Virus record (IMG/VR): IMGVR_UViG_3300011268_001497
Location: 1 to 64,000 of that record
Origin: a virus
Length of the DNA stretch: 64,000 nt
Direction: 5' to 3' (one strand)
Shown: positions 29,348-37,478 of the stretch, piece by piece
Layout of the letters: the number at the start of each line of letters is the position of its first letter
Position numbering within the stretch: position 1 is the stretch's first letter
Made by a program: the position numbers and the translations under genes
The notes under the pieces: model-generated
Told to the model about the DNA's origin: nothing
The model's input: only the letters and a program-made list of their open reading frames with translations
Databases searched by the model: none

Positions 29348-29417
29348 AGATTTCGTTAACAATTGAGGTAAACTGAATAAGTCCAAAAGTTTGGGCTTGT
29401 TCTTACTTATTACTTCA

Positions 29418-30497
29418 ATGACTGCTACACTTTCACGCCAGCAGCCAGTAAACCAATGGGACTCATTCTGCGAATGGGTAACGAGCACTTCAAACCGTCT
29501 TTATGTGGGTTGGTTTGGTGTTTTGATGATTCCTTGCTTGCTAGCTGCGACGACTTGCTTTATCCTTGCGTTCATTGCTGCCCCACCGGTTGACATTGAT
29601 GGCATCAGGGAGCCCGTTGCTGGTTCGTTGCTTTATGGCAACAATATTATTTCTGGGGCTGTTGTACCCTCTAGTAACGCTATTGGTTTACACTTTTATC
29701 CAATTTGGGAGGCGTCGGGTTTAGAGGAATGGTTATATAATGGTGGGCCTTATCAGTTGGTTGTATTTCATTTTCTGATTGGTGTTTTTGCATATGCTGG
29801 TCGGGAATGGGAGCTTAGCTACCGACTTGGTATGCGTCCTTGGATTTTTGTTGCCTACCTCGCCCCTGTTGCTGCTGCTACTGCAGTGTTCCTCGTCTAT
29901 CCGTTTGGACAGGGTTCCTTCAGTGATGGTATGCCTCTTGGCATTTCAGGAACATTTAATTACATGCTTGTTTTTCAGGCGGAGCATAATATCCTCATGC
30001 ACCCCTTCCATATGCTTGGGGTGGCTGGTGTATTTGGGGGTTCTTTGTTCTCTGCTATGCATGGATCTTTGGTCACTTCTAGTCTCGTTCGCGAGACGAC
30101 TGAAGAAGTAAGTCAGAACTATGGCTACAAATTTGGGCAAGAAGAAGAGACGTATAACATTGTTGCCGCTCATGGCTACTTTGGCCGTCTTATTTTTCAA
30201 TATGCTTCTTTTAACAATAGCAGGAGCTTACACTTCTTCCTTGCTGCCTGGCCTGTTGTTGGCATTTGGTTTGCTGCTCTTGGTGTTAGCACCATGGCTT
30301 TCAACCTGAATGGCTTTAATTTCAACCAATCGCTTCTTGACAACAATGGTCGGGTGGTTAATACTTGGGCTGATGTACTTAATAGAGCTAACCTTGGTTT
30401 TGAGGTAATGCATGAGCGCAATGCTCATAACTTCCCTCTTGATCTTGCTTCTGCCAGCACGGTTAATGTTGCATTAACTGCTCCTGAAATTGGTTGA
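29418..30497 (+). CDS. psbA: photosystem II reaction-centre protein D1
   Basis: ORF 29391..30497, canonical start MTATLSRQQ at 29418; near-complete match to D1 throughout ([53 protein letters not shown] plus C-terminal extension); uninterrupted. Confidence 0.97.
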   Translation: MTATLSRQQPVNQWDSFCEWVTSTSNRLYVGWFGVLMIPCLLAATTCFILAFIAAPPVDIDGIREPVAGSLLYGNNIISGAVVPSSNAIGLHFYPIWEASGLEEWLYNGGPYQLVVFHFLIGVFAYAGREWELSYRLGMRPWIFVAYLAPVAAATAVFLVYPFGQGSFSDGMPLGISGTFNYMLVFQAEHNILMHPFHMLGVAGVFGGSLFSAMHGSLVTSSLVRETTEEVSQNYGYKFGQEEETYNIVAAHGYFGRLIFQYASFNNSRSLHFFLAAWPVVGIWFAALGVSTMAFNLNGFNFNQSLLDNNGRVVNTWADVLNRANLGFEVMHERNAHNFPLDLASASTVNVALTAPEIG

Positions 30498-30526
30498 CAC
30501 TCTTTTAGGTTTAGCCTAGTTAAACT

Positions 30527-30551
30527 GGGGGCATGACGCCCCCTTTTTTTT
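30527..30551 (+). terminator. rho-independent terminator after psbA
   Basis: GGGGGC-ATGAC-GCCCCC followed by TTTTTTTT. Confidence 0.85.
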
Positions 30552-30878
30552 ATGCAGACAGGAGATTACGCTTTAGCACTGTATCGGATTTTACAAAATC
30601 TTGAGATAGTTTTTTTTGATGATCACGAGTATTCTATGAACGCTATTAGCCATTGGCTGCACAGTGGCATATTCGAAGAAACTGACGAAGGTGAAGCAGA
30701 AAATATTTTTAATAGGAATGCTTTCAAAATTGGGTGGAAACTTGCTCTTGGCGAGCCATTCGATGCCGATAGTCAGCATTTAGACCAATTATGCTCCTCT
30801 ATAAAAGCCGCACGAGATCTTTTTCCGAAAGATGAAGATGGATTTATTAAATTAAGCTCATCCGATGATAAAACATGA
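30552..30878 (+). CDS. hypothetical protein (108 aa)
   Basis: ORF track; ATG immediately after the T-run. Confidence 0.5.
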   Translation: MQTGDYALALYRILQNLEIVFFDDHEYSMNAISHWLHSGIFEETDEGEAENIFNRNAFKIGWKLALGEPFDADSQHLDQLCSSIKAARDLFPKDEDGFIKLSSSDDKT

Positions 30879-31015
30879 AGAATCAGGATACTGGCAAGCT
30901 GCTTGAAATTTGCTATTTAACGTGGCCAAATTTAACTCCACCACAATCTAAAGAAAAGATTAAGTTGGTGCCTGGTATTCCACGAGACATTGCACCACCG
31001 GCTAAGGCGGGGTAA
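30875..31015 (+). CDS. possible small protein (46 aa)
   Basis: Hand translation MKNQDTGKLLEICYLTWPNLTPPQSKEKIKLVPGIPRDIAPPAKAG*; ATGA overlap with previous stop. Confidence 0.3.
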   Translation: MKNQDTGKLLEICYLTWPNLTPPQSKEKIKLVPGIPRDIAPPAKAG

Positions 31016-31034
31016 TATCCGTGGGGACGAGGGA

Positions 31035-31060
31035 GGCTCCGGGAAACCGGGGCCTTTTTT
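31035..31060 (+). terminator. rho-independent terminator
   Basis: GGCTCCGG-GAAA-CCGGGGCC followed by TTTTTT. Confidence 0.75.
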
Positions 31061-31104
31061 ATGTCTTGACGGATCTATTAGACTGGGTCGACCTCAGAAT
31101 TGCC

Positions 31105-31302
31105 ATGAGCAACTCTTCTCAATCCTCGTCCGGCAGCATTGGTTTTCCTGGGCTTTTGACTATTTTATTTGTCGGCCTAAAGTTGACAGGACACCTTTCC
31201 TGGTCTTGGGTTTGGGTGCTGTCTCCGATCTGGATTTCTTTCCTGGTTGGCTTGACTGCTCTTGCAATCATTTATCTGGCGGCGCTCTGGAGTGTCAAAT
31301 GA
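31105..31302 (+). CDS. hypothetical small membrane protein (65 aa)
   Basis: ORF 31021..31302, ATG at 31105; GLLTILFVGLKLTGHLSWSWVWVLSPIWISFLVGLTALAIIYLAAL (two TM helices). Confidence 0.55.
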   Translation: MSNSSQSSSGSIGFPGLLTILFVGLKLTGHLSWSWVWVLSPIWISFLVGLTALAIIYLAALWSVK

Positions 31303-31508
31303 ACGACATTGAATCAATGCTTCCGTCAAATGAGCAAATCGGCCGTTGGGAGGCCGAGTATTTTGACGAAGGAGAAAACTTCGACATGATATTGATCGAA
31401 GCATACAAGGCTGGCTATCAAGCATGTGAAGCAAAGTATGTGGCTGCCATGGCAGAAATTGTTAATCCATTGGATTTAGGTATTGAGCTTGAGGATGACA
31501 ATGACTGA
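31299..31508 (+). CDS. hypothetical acidic protein (69 aa)
   Basis: Internal ATG of ORF 30990..31508; ATGA overlap with previous stop. Confidence 0.5.
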   Translation: MNDIESMLPSNEQIGRWEAEYFDEGENFDMILIEAYKAGYQACEAKYVAAMAEIVNPLDLGIELEDDND

Positions 31509-31725
31509 AGAACAAATCAGCCTTTTGCGTCACTTGATCAAACAAGAGATTGACGCTTCCCAGATCGACGGCATGGAACATGGTGCCTGGGGTTGGGCAG
31601 ATCAACAGCTAGAAAAAGGATGGAAATGTTTCAAAGATAGCTTTAATGAAATTAATGCTTTAGTTGCACTTGAAGGTCTCTATGCCAACAACGATGTTGG
31701 CATGAAAAACCTTGCTGACAATTAG
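31495..31725 (+). CDS. hypothetical protein
   Basis: ORF 31483..31725 (TTG); ATG at 31495 or 31501; start uncertain. Confidence 0.5.
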   Translation: MTMTEEQISLLRHLIKQEIDASQIDGMEHGAWGWADQQLEKGWKCFKDSFNEINALVALEGLYANNDVGMKNLADN

Positions 31726-31749
31726 GTCTACGCACTACGAGGTTCAACA

Positions 31750-32106
31750 ATGACTCAAGAACACCCAATCACTCCGCCGCCTGAGCTGGTGCAGGCTTTT
31801 CTGCGCAGCAATCCATCTACCCCGGCGGAAATGACTTATGAGCAGTTCATCGCCACACGCTTCGCCCGCTGGGGCGCTGATCAGGAGCTAGAGGCGTGCA
31901 AAGAGTGGGTGAGCTGGAGACATTCGCGCCATGAATCCGATGAGCTTCTTTTTGCCCGCCGCCCCAAGCCGCCGAGCTTGAAGGAGCAGGCGCTACAGGC
32001 GTTGTACCGCTTTGACGACACCGAAGGACACAAGGGTTTGACGCCTGAGCAAATCGCTGAGGACTTCGTTCTCATCCGCCGCGCTCTTGAATCCCTGCCC
32101 GATTAG
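31750..32106 (+). CDS. hypothetical protein (118 aa)
   Basis: ORF track. Confidence 0.55.
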   Translation: MTQEHPITPPPELVQAFLRSNPSTPAEMTYEQFIATRFARWGADQELEACKEWVSWRHSRHESDELLFARRPKPPSLKEQALQALYRFDDTEGHKGLTPEQIAEDFVLIRRALESLPD

Positions 32107-32120
32107 TCCGATTAGCTATC

Positions 32121-32336
32121 ATGTCTGACATTAAGTTCTACAAACTCGACGCTGCGTTTGCAAGCCTCAATCAGTTTGACACGTTCGCCAAGCCCGAAGA
32201 TTTCATTGAAGTGTCTTTATGGCATAACTGTGAGGGATTCGATGTTCATTTGAGTACCCACAATGATCAATCCTTCAAGCTCACATGGGGCGAATACAAG
32301 GCGCTGAAAAAGGTTATCAAGGAATTGGACAAATGA
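32121..32336 (+). CDS. hypothetical protein (71 aa)
   Basis: ORF track. Confidence 0.5.
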   Translation: MSDIKFYKLDAAFASLNQFDTFAKPEDFIEVSLWHNCEGFDVHLSTHNDQSFKLTWGEYKALKKVIKELDK

Positions 32337-32593
32337 CCAATCTTTCCCCTGTAGCGCAAGCGGTGCTCGACACTACCTACAACACCTTTGATTTGCAGGA
32401 TTCGCTTTCTTTGCGGAAGACGGTTGCTGCTGCATTACGAACCGCCGCACTAAAACTCCATTGCGAAGAGGTGGAAACGTGTGGTGGAGCATCTTATGCC
32501 CTGGTGATTGAGGTGGATGACCTGCTTGCTATTGCCGACGAACTTGAAATCGGATCTTACAAGTTGAATCCTCCGGAATCTCCAGATAGTTGA
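32333..32593 (+). CDS. hypothetical protein (86 aa)
   Basis: ORF 32285..32593, ATG at 32333 overlapping previous stop (ATGA). Confidence 0.5.
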   Translation: MTNLSPVAQAVLDTTYNTFDLQDSLSLRKTVAAALRTAALKLHCEEVETCGGASYALVIEVDDLLAIADELEIGSYKLNPPESPDS

Positions 32594-32629
32594 ATTTTCA
32601 CCCAAAACCCTTCTTCATTTTTCTTGAAA

Positions 32630-32995
32630 ATGTCCAACGACAAACTGGTGATCACCTACACCACTCAAGACAACAGGATCAGTGAGCTTGACGATCCTTA
32701 TTGTGATTTCAAGTTTGAAATTGAGGTTGATCCATCGGATATGTCGTCCCATCAGCTAATGGCTGTATTTGCCAAGGTTCTAGCGGCAATTGGTTACAGC
32801 GAATTTTCAATCATGAAAGGGGCTTGCAGCTTAGCGTTCAACGAAATGCGAGACACGGAGATGATGTATAAACTTGTTAAAGAATATGAACTTGACGAAA
32901 TTCCTGAGGATTTCAAGGCGCAAAAGGAGCGTAAAAAGATGCACGAAAGCGTAAACTATAGTAGTAAAGATAATGACGGCTATGAACCTTGCTGA
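32630..32995 (+). CDS. hypothetical protein
   Basis: ORF 32624..32995 (TTG), ATG at 32630. Confidence 0.5.
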   Translation: MSNDKLVITYTTQDNRISELDDPYCDFKFEIEVDPSDMSSHQLMAVFAKVLAAIGYSEFSIMKGACSLAFNEMRDTEMMYKLVKEYELDEIPEDFKAQKERKKMHESVNYSSKDNDGYEPC

Positions 32996-33299
32996 ATATT
33001 ATTTTAAACATGTAATTCCAACAGGCTGGCGGACTATTGGGTCCGCCTTTCGTGTATGGAAGGACTTGATGACTGACAATTATGCAGATTACGCACTACT
33101 AGTGGAGGACGATCCGCTTCAGGAGTGTTTGGGATGGTTTTGGGTGGTGCTTGGCGAGGATAATGTGTACCCAAAAGCCTTCTTGGAGGACCTGCAAGAG
33201 CTTGTGAGGCGCGTTGATGCAGGCGAAGTAGACTTAGTACCATTCGAGAGTATCAAAGGTCTTCTGGGGGATTTAAACGACGTGACTGAGGAGGAATGA
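32973..33299 (+). CDS. hypothetical protein (108 aa)
   Basis: ORF track; 23-nt overlap with previous ORF. Confidence 0.5.
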   Translation: MTAMNLAEYYFKHVIPTGWRTIGSAFRVWKDLMTDNYADYALLVEDDPLQECLGWFWVVLGEDNVYPKAFLEDLQELVRRVDAGEVDLVPFESIKGLLGDLNDVTEEE

Positions 33300-33308
33300 C
33301 CCATCGGA

Positions 33309-33707
33309 ATGTTTGATTATTTCCGGTCCTCTTACGACCTAGGAGAAGGTTTTACTGACGTTCAGTGTCAGACAAAAGACTTAGAAGTTGGCATCGGTGG
33401 GACAATGAGCCGGTATTGGCTTTCCCCTGCCGGCCATCTTTATTTAATGAGCTATCGTGGCACTCATAGTTTTGAAATTATCGAAGAAGACGATCCAGAA
33501 TATAATGAAAGTATGAAGTTTTTAAACTACCGATGGGTGCCAACCGGACTTCATGGTCGGGTTCAGCCTTATCACATCACAGCCTATGTGGAGGTTTATC
33601 CCGAGAGATGGGAGGGAGAGTGGCAGGATTGGCCACGGTTGAAACTTCATTTTAAGAGTGGTAAGCTAGTCGAGTATCGCCGCTGCCTGCGTGATGAAGC
33701 TTTTTGA
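33309..33707 (+). CDS. hypothetical protein (132 aa)
   Basis: ORF track. Confidence 0.55.
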   Translation: MFDYFRSSYDLGEGFTDVQCQTKDLEVGIGGTMSRYWLSPAGHLYLMSYRGTHSFEIIEEDDPEYNESMKFLNYRWVPTGLHGRVQPYHITAYVEVYPERWEGEWQDWPRLKLHFKSGKLVEYRRCLRDEAF

Positions 33708-33927
33708 GTTGAAGTATCACGAAGACTTTGGTCATGAGTATCATTTGATACTATTTCGTCGAGGCAAGTGGTGCTTCTTTCAGGCTACGTTTCACCTGAA
33801 CGACCTGGGTGGTGGCCCCTATGTTCAAATCTCGCTTGGCGGCGGTCGCTTCTTTCAGCTCATGGCCTGGGCTGGTCGCCTAGGCGTCGACATGGAACTC
33901 TTCTCTCAGGTTTGGGATTTAGTATGA
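33691..33927 (+). CDS. hypothetical protein (78 aa)
   Basis: ORF track. Confidence 0.45.
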   Translation: MMKLFELKYHEDFGHEYHLILFRRGKWCFFQATFHLNDLGGGPYVQISLGGGRFFQLMAWAGRLGVDMELFSQVWDLV

Positions 33928-34205
33928 TGGTTTTTTACGTTATCGACTACTTCGCGACTGGCGAGGGTCGAACGATTTGGCTTTATGTAGCAAAGTGCTA
34001 CGACAAAAAGGAGGCAGAGCTGTCTAAGAAGGACTTCAAGAGCTCCGTTGGGCGCTATTACGCTGAAGGCATCGAAGAGTATGACCAAGACAGTTTCATC
34101 TGTGAATACGGTCATCTGGTCTCTGAGAATGTATTAAGAATGATTATGGAAGATTCCTTCGGTGGCTTTGTTTATAAGCAAGAATTGCACATCAATGCAT
34201 CATGA
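33924..34205 (+). CDS. hypothetical protein (93 aa)
   Basis: ORF 33768..34205, ATG at 33924 overlapping previous stop (ATGA). Confidence 0.5.
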   Translation: MMVFYVIDYFATGEGRTIWLYVAKCYDKKEAELSKKDFKSSVGRYYAEGIEEYDQDSFICEYGHLVSENVLRMIMEDSFGGFVYKQELHINAS

Positions 34206-34414
34206 GAGGGCTATATGGTTGGGGGCTATTAACCGGCTTTGGGCTTGGATGTCTTTACTTTCTCAGTACAACCTTATTGCAGTCACCCCAAAATGGGGTG
34301 AAGACACCCCGTTTTGAAGTGGTTGACAATTATAAGGGTTGCGATGTCGTTCGGTGGGAGCCTTCAGGTTACGCTGAATACAAATTCTTTCTTGATTGTA
34401 GGACAAAAGAATGA
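34202..34414 (+). CDS. hypothetical small membrane protein (70 aa)
   Basis: ORF track; N-terminal TM YGWGLLTGFGLGCLYFL. Confidence 0.5.
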   Translation: MRGLYGWGLLTGFGLGCLYFLSTTLLQSPQNGVKTPRFEVVDNYKGCDVVRWEPSGYAEYKFFLDCRTKE

Positions 34415-34587
34415 CAATTCAGGTTGTTGAAACGGAACACGGTTTCGAAATTACATGGGATCCTAATGATCCTGTCGAGTCTGTTCTTAGCGAGTGGACA
34501 GAAGAAGTATTCATGAAAGTCATCATGGATGCGGCTAGAGATGTATTAGCAGAGCACACTTTTGAGGGGGACTTTCTGGAAAAATAA
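34411..34587 (+). CDS. possible small acidic protein (58 aa), below ORF-track cutoff
   Basis: Hand translation MTIQVVETEHGFEITWDPNDPVESVLSEWTEEVFMKVIMDAARDVLAEHTFEGDFLEK*; ATGA overlap; preferred over the antisense track ORF 34419..34661. Confidence 0.45.
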   Translation: MTIQVVETEHGFEITWDPNDPVESVLSEWTEEVFMKVIMDAARDVLAEHTFEGDFLEK

Positions 34588-34738
34588 GGCACGTTCATTC
34601 GCTGTTTCCGAATGGCGAACGGAAGTAAGCCGACTTTTACTCGTATTCTCAATAAATTCATTTTATTGAGAATCCTGATAGCCGACTGAAGGAACGCGCT
34701 TTTGGTGTATGATTCACTACAAAGCGGAGGACTTCATC

Positions 34739-34897
34739 ATGACAATCGCGACCTATCGCGGCGTCAAGTATGACACCAAGGCTCCCAAAGAGGAGTACGT
34801 TGCCTGGCTTGACATGGTTCAAGCGCAAGCTGGTGGGCACCTGATCTACAGGGGCCATGACTACAAGGCCAACCATGGGGTTAAAGCCAATGGTTGA
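34739..34897 (+). CDS. small cyanobacterial-type protein (DUF4278-like)
   Basis: ORF 34709..34897, ATG at 34739; MTIATYRGVKYDTKAP...IYRGHDY matches the M..TYRG..Y pattern I associate with DUF4278; not searched. Confidence 0.5.
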   Translation: MTIATYRGVKYDTKAPKEEYVAWLDMVQAQAGGHLIYRGHDYKANHGVKANG

Positions 34898-34985
34898 ACT
34901 CGTAATGATCCAAAGGGCCTTGCAGGCCAAGAAACGCCGTCAAGAGCTGCTTTATCAGCGCTGGCTGCTTAGTTTATGAGATTGA

Positions 34986-35010
34986 GCCCCGGAAACGGGG
35001 CTTTTCTTTT
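34986..35010 (+). terminator. rho-independent terminator ending the rightward 30.5-35 kb block
   Basis: GCCCCG-GAAA-CGGGGC followed by TTTTCTTTT. Confidence 0.8.
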
Positions 35011-35011
35011 A

Positions 35012-35079
35012 AGGCACTTCCAGGAATCGAACCTGGCATTCTAGGCTATATGCCTAACGTGTTCCAACACTAAAGCGCC
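35012..35079 (-). tRNA. tRNA-like element with aberrant D and anticodon loops (possible TAT anticodon or pseudo-tRNA)
   Basis: Reverse complement: acceptor GGCGCTT/AAGTGCC, D arm GTGT-TGGA-ACAC (4-nt loop), anticodon arm TTAGG-CATATAG-CCTAG (A at position 33), canonical T arm CCAGG-TTCGATT-CCTGG; 68 nt. Confidence 0.45.
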
Positions 35080-35258
35080 GAATCCCCTTTAAGAAAGGGG
35101 CAGGAAGTGATAAACCCCCTGGCCCACCGAGATGGGACTTAGTCTGCAAACCGAGTATTAGAGGACTTGGCTTGGGATAGATGGCTGAGGCGTAGGTATG
35201 CACCGACAGTCGGGCTGGCGAACCAGGCGTAACGACCCAGGGGCCTCAGCTCTATCAA
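35080..35258 (-). other. structured non-coding stretch downstream of the metallophosphoesterase gene
   Basis: Perfect hairpin CCCCTTT-AAG-AAAGGGG (35084-35100); long-range inverted repeat GCTGAGGC (35184-35191) / GCCTCAGC (35243-35250) enclosing a CTGG-TTCG-CCAG tetraloop hairpin on the minus strand. Confidence 0.45.
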
Positions 35259-35792
35259 TCACATTATACCAAGATCTTGCAGTTCTTTGCGGACAACGTT
35301 CCAGGAAATTGGCGTGTAATCAATATGCTCAACGCATACGTTGTAATACCTCAGATCCGGCATGCCGGTTTGTTCGTCAGGAACAGTCCTGTAATGCAGG
35401 TGACCATGAATATTCGCGGCATAACGTGTCAAATTGACAGGATGAACTGGGACATGGGTTAAAATACAGCGATCTAAATAATGACATCCACGGATATCTC
35501 TAAAGTGGGTTGTATAGTCCGACATTTTAAATATATCATGGTTACCCCTGATTAATACTTTGTCGCCATTAAGCCTTTCAAGGACCTGTAAGCCTCGCCT
35601 AGGGATCGCTACATCACCTAGGTGGTAGACCTTGTCAGAAGGCCCTACAACGCGATTCCAGCGCGAAATCAGCTCTTCCTCCATTTCAAACACATCATCC
35701 CATGGCCTGAGAGGTGTTCCGTCGTCGCGCATAAATCTGCAGACGTTGCCATGCCCGAAATGGGTGTCAGAAATCAGGAACGTTTCAGCCAT
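35259..35792 (-). CDS. metallophosphoesterase (calcineurin-like phosphatase superfamily)
   Basis: 177 aa; ordered motifs ISDTHFGH, HLGDV, IRGNHD, THVPVH, IHGHLH. Confidence 0.85.
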   Translation of the reverse strand: MAETFLISDTHFGHGNVCRFMRDDGTPLRPWDDVFEMEEELISRWNRVVGPSDKVYHLGDVAIPRRGLQVLERLNGDKVLIRGNHDIFKMSDYTTHFRDIRGCHYLDRCILTHVPVHPVNLTRYAANIHGHLHYRTVPDEQTGMPDLRYYNVCVEHIDYTPISWNVVRKELQDLGIM

Positions 35793-35841
35793 AGGGCTAT
35801 TCTACCGTCGTCGGCAACATAGTCTAGGGCTCTTTTGTGGC

Positions 35842-36345
35842 ATGGCAAGTCCATTACTTGAATATGCCAACAGTCTCCTAAGGGTTGAGACACAAGAGGA
35901 CGTTTCTATTGTCAATGGCAGGCCGACAATAACAAGTAGCTCCATTTATGTAGTGCGTTGTTACATCACGAGACAGCAGTACAGTGGTGTAACTTCAGGA
36001 TCAAAGAGATTGCCTCTGGAGTCCCAGCTTGAGGGCAGAATGCTGCCAGGTGCCAGCGGTGATCAGTTTTACTACAGAGGATATGTGCTCCAGAAGCTAG
36101 AGCTACCTTCTGGTGTCGACTGGTTAGACGATCTTAGTGCGTATCAGTTTACGGATGTCACGACCCAGGAAGAGTTTTTACTGCCTGGAAAAGAACTGGA
36201 CTTTAAGTTTGGCAATGACTCTGCCATGAAGGCTGTTGTGCAGCGCTCTAGCGGCAAGTATGGCGGTGAAGGCATCGATAAGATCCTTTATCCAGCACTA
36301 GGCGGCGTCGAGATTCAGTTGACTGGCGGTGAGATTCAGAGCTAA
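35842..36345 (+). CDS. hypothetical structural-module protein (167 aa)
   Basis: ORF 35632..36345 overlaps the minus-strand phosphoesterase; ATG at 35842 preferred; first gene of the tail block. Confidence 0.55.
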   Translation: MASPLLEYANSLLRVETQEDVSIVNGRPTITSSSIYVVRCYITRQQYSGVTSGSKRLPLESQLEGRMLPGASGDQFYYRGYVLQKLELPSGVDWLDDLSAYQFTDVTTQEEFLLPGKELDFKFGNDSAMKAVVQRSSGKYGGEGIDKILYPALGGVEIQLTGGEIQS

Positions 36346-36911
36346 TGGCTAAGAAGCGTTCTTCCAAGAGCTTCTCGGCAACAGATCAGGTTTTCAATAG
36401 AATTGAGACACTGCAGGCCAAGAAGAATAAGTCTTTAAAAGCATCGATTAAGACAGGCGTTGAGGTCACCTCTTTTGCTGATCTCGACAGACTCAAAGAG
36501 CAGTTTCCTAAGATTGTCAGCAAAGCATCCCAGAAGACAATTAAATTGGTTGCGGTAGAGCTTGAAGCTGCGCTTGATCGCGCAATGATGGCAAAGGCGT
36601 GGCAGTGGGATTATGGTGATGGGGATATCATTGACACTGGAGAGCTGAAGGACTCTTTGAGACTTGTTGTTGATTCTGCTGGAGATATTTATGTCTTTTA
36701 TAATGCAGAACATGCAGCGATTGTTCATTATGGTGGATACATTCATCCATACGGCAATCCAAGAGTGCAGATCTATATGCCAGCCAGACCATGGATCACA
36801 TCTGTGCTTAACGGTGGCGGTCCAGTAGATAAATTTGACTTTGAAGGAGTTTATGAGAGGATTTTCGTCCCGGAACTTAAGAACCTGATGAAGTCAGCTG
36901 GAATTACATGA
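36345..36911 (+). CDS. hypothetical virion protein, possible head-tail joining / tail completion protein
   Basis: 188 aa; TAATG overlap with previous gene; function from position only. Confidence 0.5.
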   Translation: MAKKRSSKSFSATDQVFNRIETLQAKKNKSLKASIKTGVEVTSFADLDRLKEQFPKIVSKASQKTIKLVAVELEAALDRAMMAKAWQWDYGDGDIIDTGELKDSLRLVVDSAGDIYVFYNAEHAAIVHYGGYIHPYGNPRVQIYMPARPWITSVLNGGGPVDKFDFEGVYERIFVPELKNLMKSAGIT

Positions 36912-36941
36912 AGTTAGGCATCCTATGCCGCTTGGTATAGA

Positions 36942-37478
36942 TTGATGGCATTACTTCCTTTTGTTGTTCAACCCAAGAAGAACACGGAGACAGTTCGCCT
37001 TGGTAATGAAGAAATTGGAGTAATTGAGATTAAGAGAAAGGGCTACTTAAGCGTTGCTGAGAAGACCTTTGTTGATAACGTAATGCAGGGATCTGACGGC
37101 GTTGCAGCGCTGGTTCAGCTTGCGAATAAGATTTCAAGGGAACGTGAAGTCAGTCCAGAGAAGGCCTATATTGCTATCACTGAAGTTATGGGCGGCCTTG
37201 CGACTGAAGGACTTGAGCAGGAAGTAGCTGTAGAATATGCGACTGAGATTGCAGAGATTTCCACCCGGATGACCGAAGCTATTCAGCGTCGCGCCATTGC
37301 CGCTACTACCGTATTAATTCAGACTAGAATTAACCACGAATGGACTGTTCAGGATACTTTGACACTTGACCCTGAGCTTCTGACGGAATTTACTGCGCTT
37401 TACGATAGAGAAGAGCAACGTGAGCCGGTGGAGCCAGAGAAGCGTGAGGAAGAAGCCAAAGAAATTGTGGGAAAGTAA
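36942..37478 (+). CDS. tail assembly chaperone (gpG-like, zero-frame product)
   Basis: 178 aa, acidic C-terminus; ends with slippery G GGA AAG directly before TAA; -1 frame open from 37448 to 38116. Confidence 0.7.
   Translation: MMALLPFVVQPKKNTETVRLGNEEIGVIEIKRKGYLSVAEKTFVDNVMQGSDGVAALVQLANKISREREVSPEKAYIAITEVMGGLATEGLEQEVAVEYATEIAEISTRMTEAIQRRAIAATTVLIQTRINHEWTVQDTLTLDPELLTEFTALYDREEQREPVEPEKREEEAKEIVGK

Larger units (their letters stand above)
27895..29350. other. ~1.45-kb segment whose + strand is strongly C-depleted (G/A/T-rich), most extreme from about 28030
   Basis: By-eye counts: 1 C in 28141-28200, 2 C in 28381-28440, 6 C in 28201-28260; the skew covers both a stretch without convincing genes (27.9-28.65 kb) and the + strand ORFs 28655-29347. 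Confidence 0.8.

Noticed and set aside
20390-29350. Are the two skewed segments true inverted repeats (ends of a mobile or invertible element)?
   Set aside because: I found only short shared words by eye (for example GAGGGTTAT, TAAGGGG.(T)AAGTA). In such low-complexity, similarly skewed sequence about 15 shared 9-mers are expected by chance, so homology is not supported without a proper alignment.
29418-30497. Looked for a group I intron or homing endonuclease interrupting psbA, as known from some cyanophages
   Set aside because: The D1 reading frame is continuous and full length (359 aa from MTATLSRQQ), so no insertion is present.
34419-34930. Minus-strand ORFs 34419..34661 and 34658..34930
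   Set aside because: They are antisense to better + strand candidates: 34411..34587, translationally coupled by ATGA, and the DUF4278-like 34739..34897. The surrounding block is uniformly rightward and ends at a + strand terminator at 34986.
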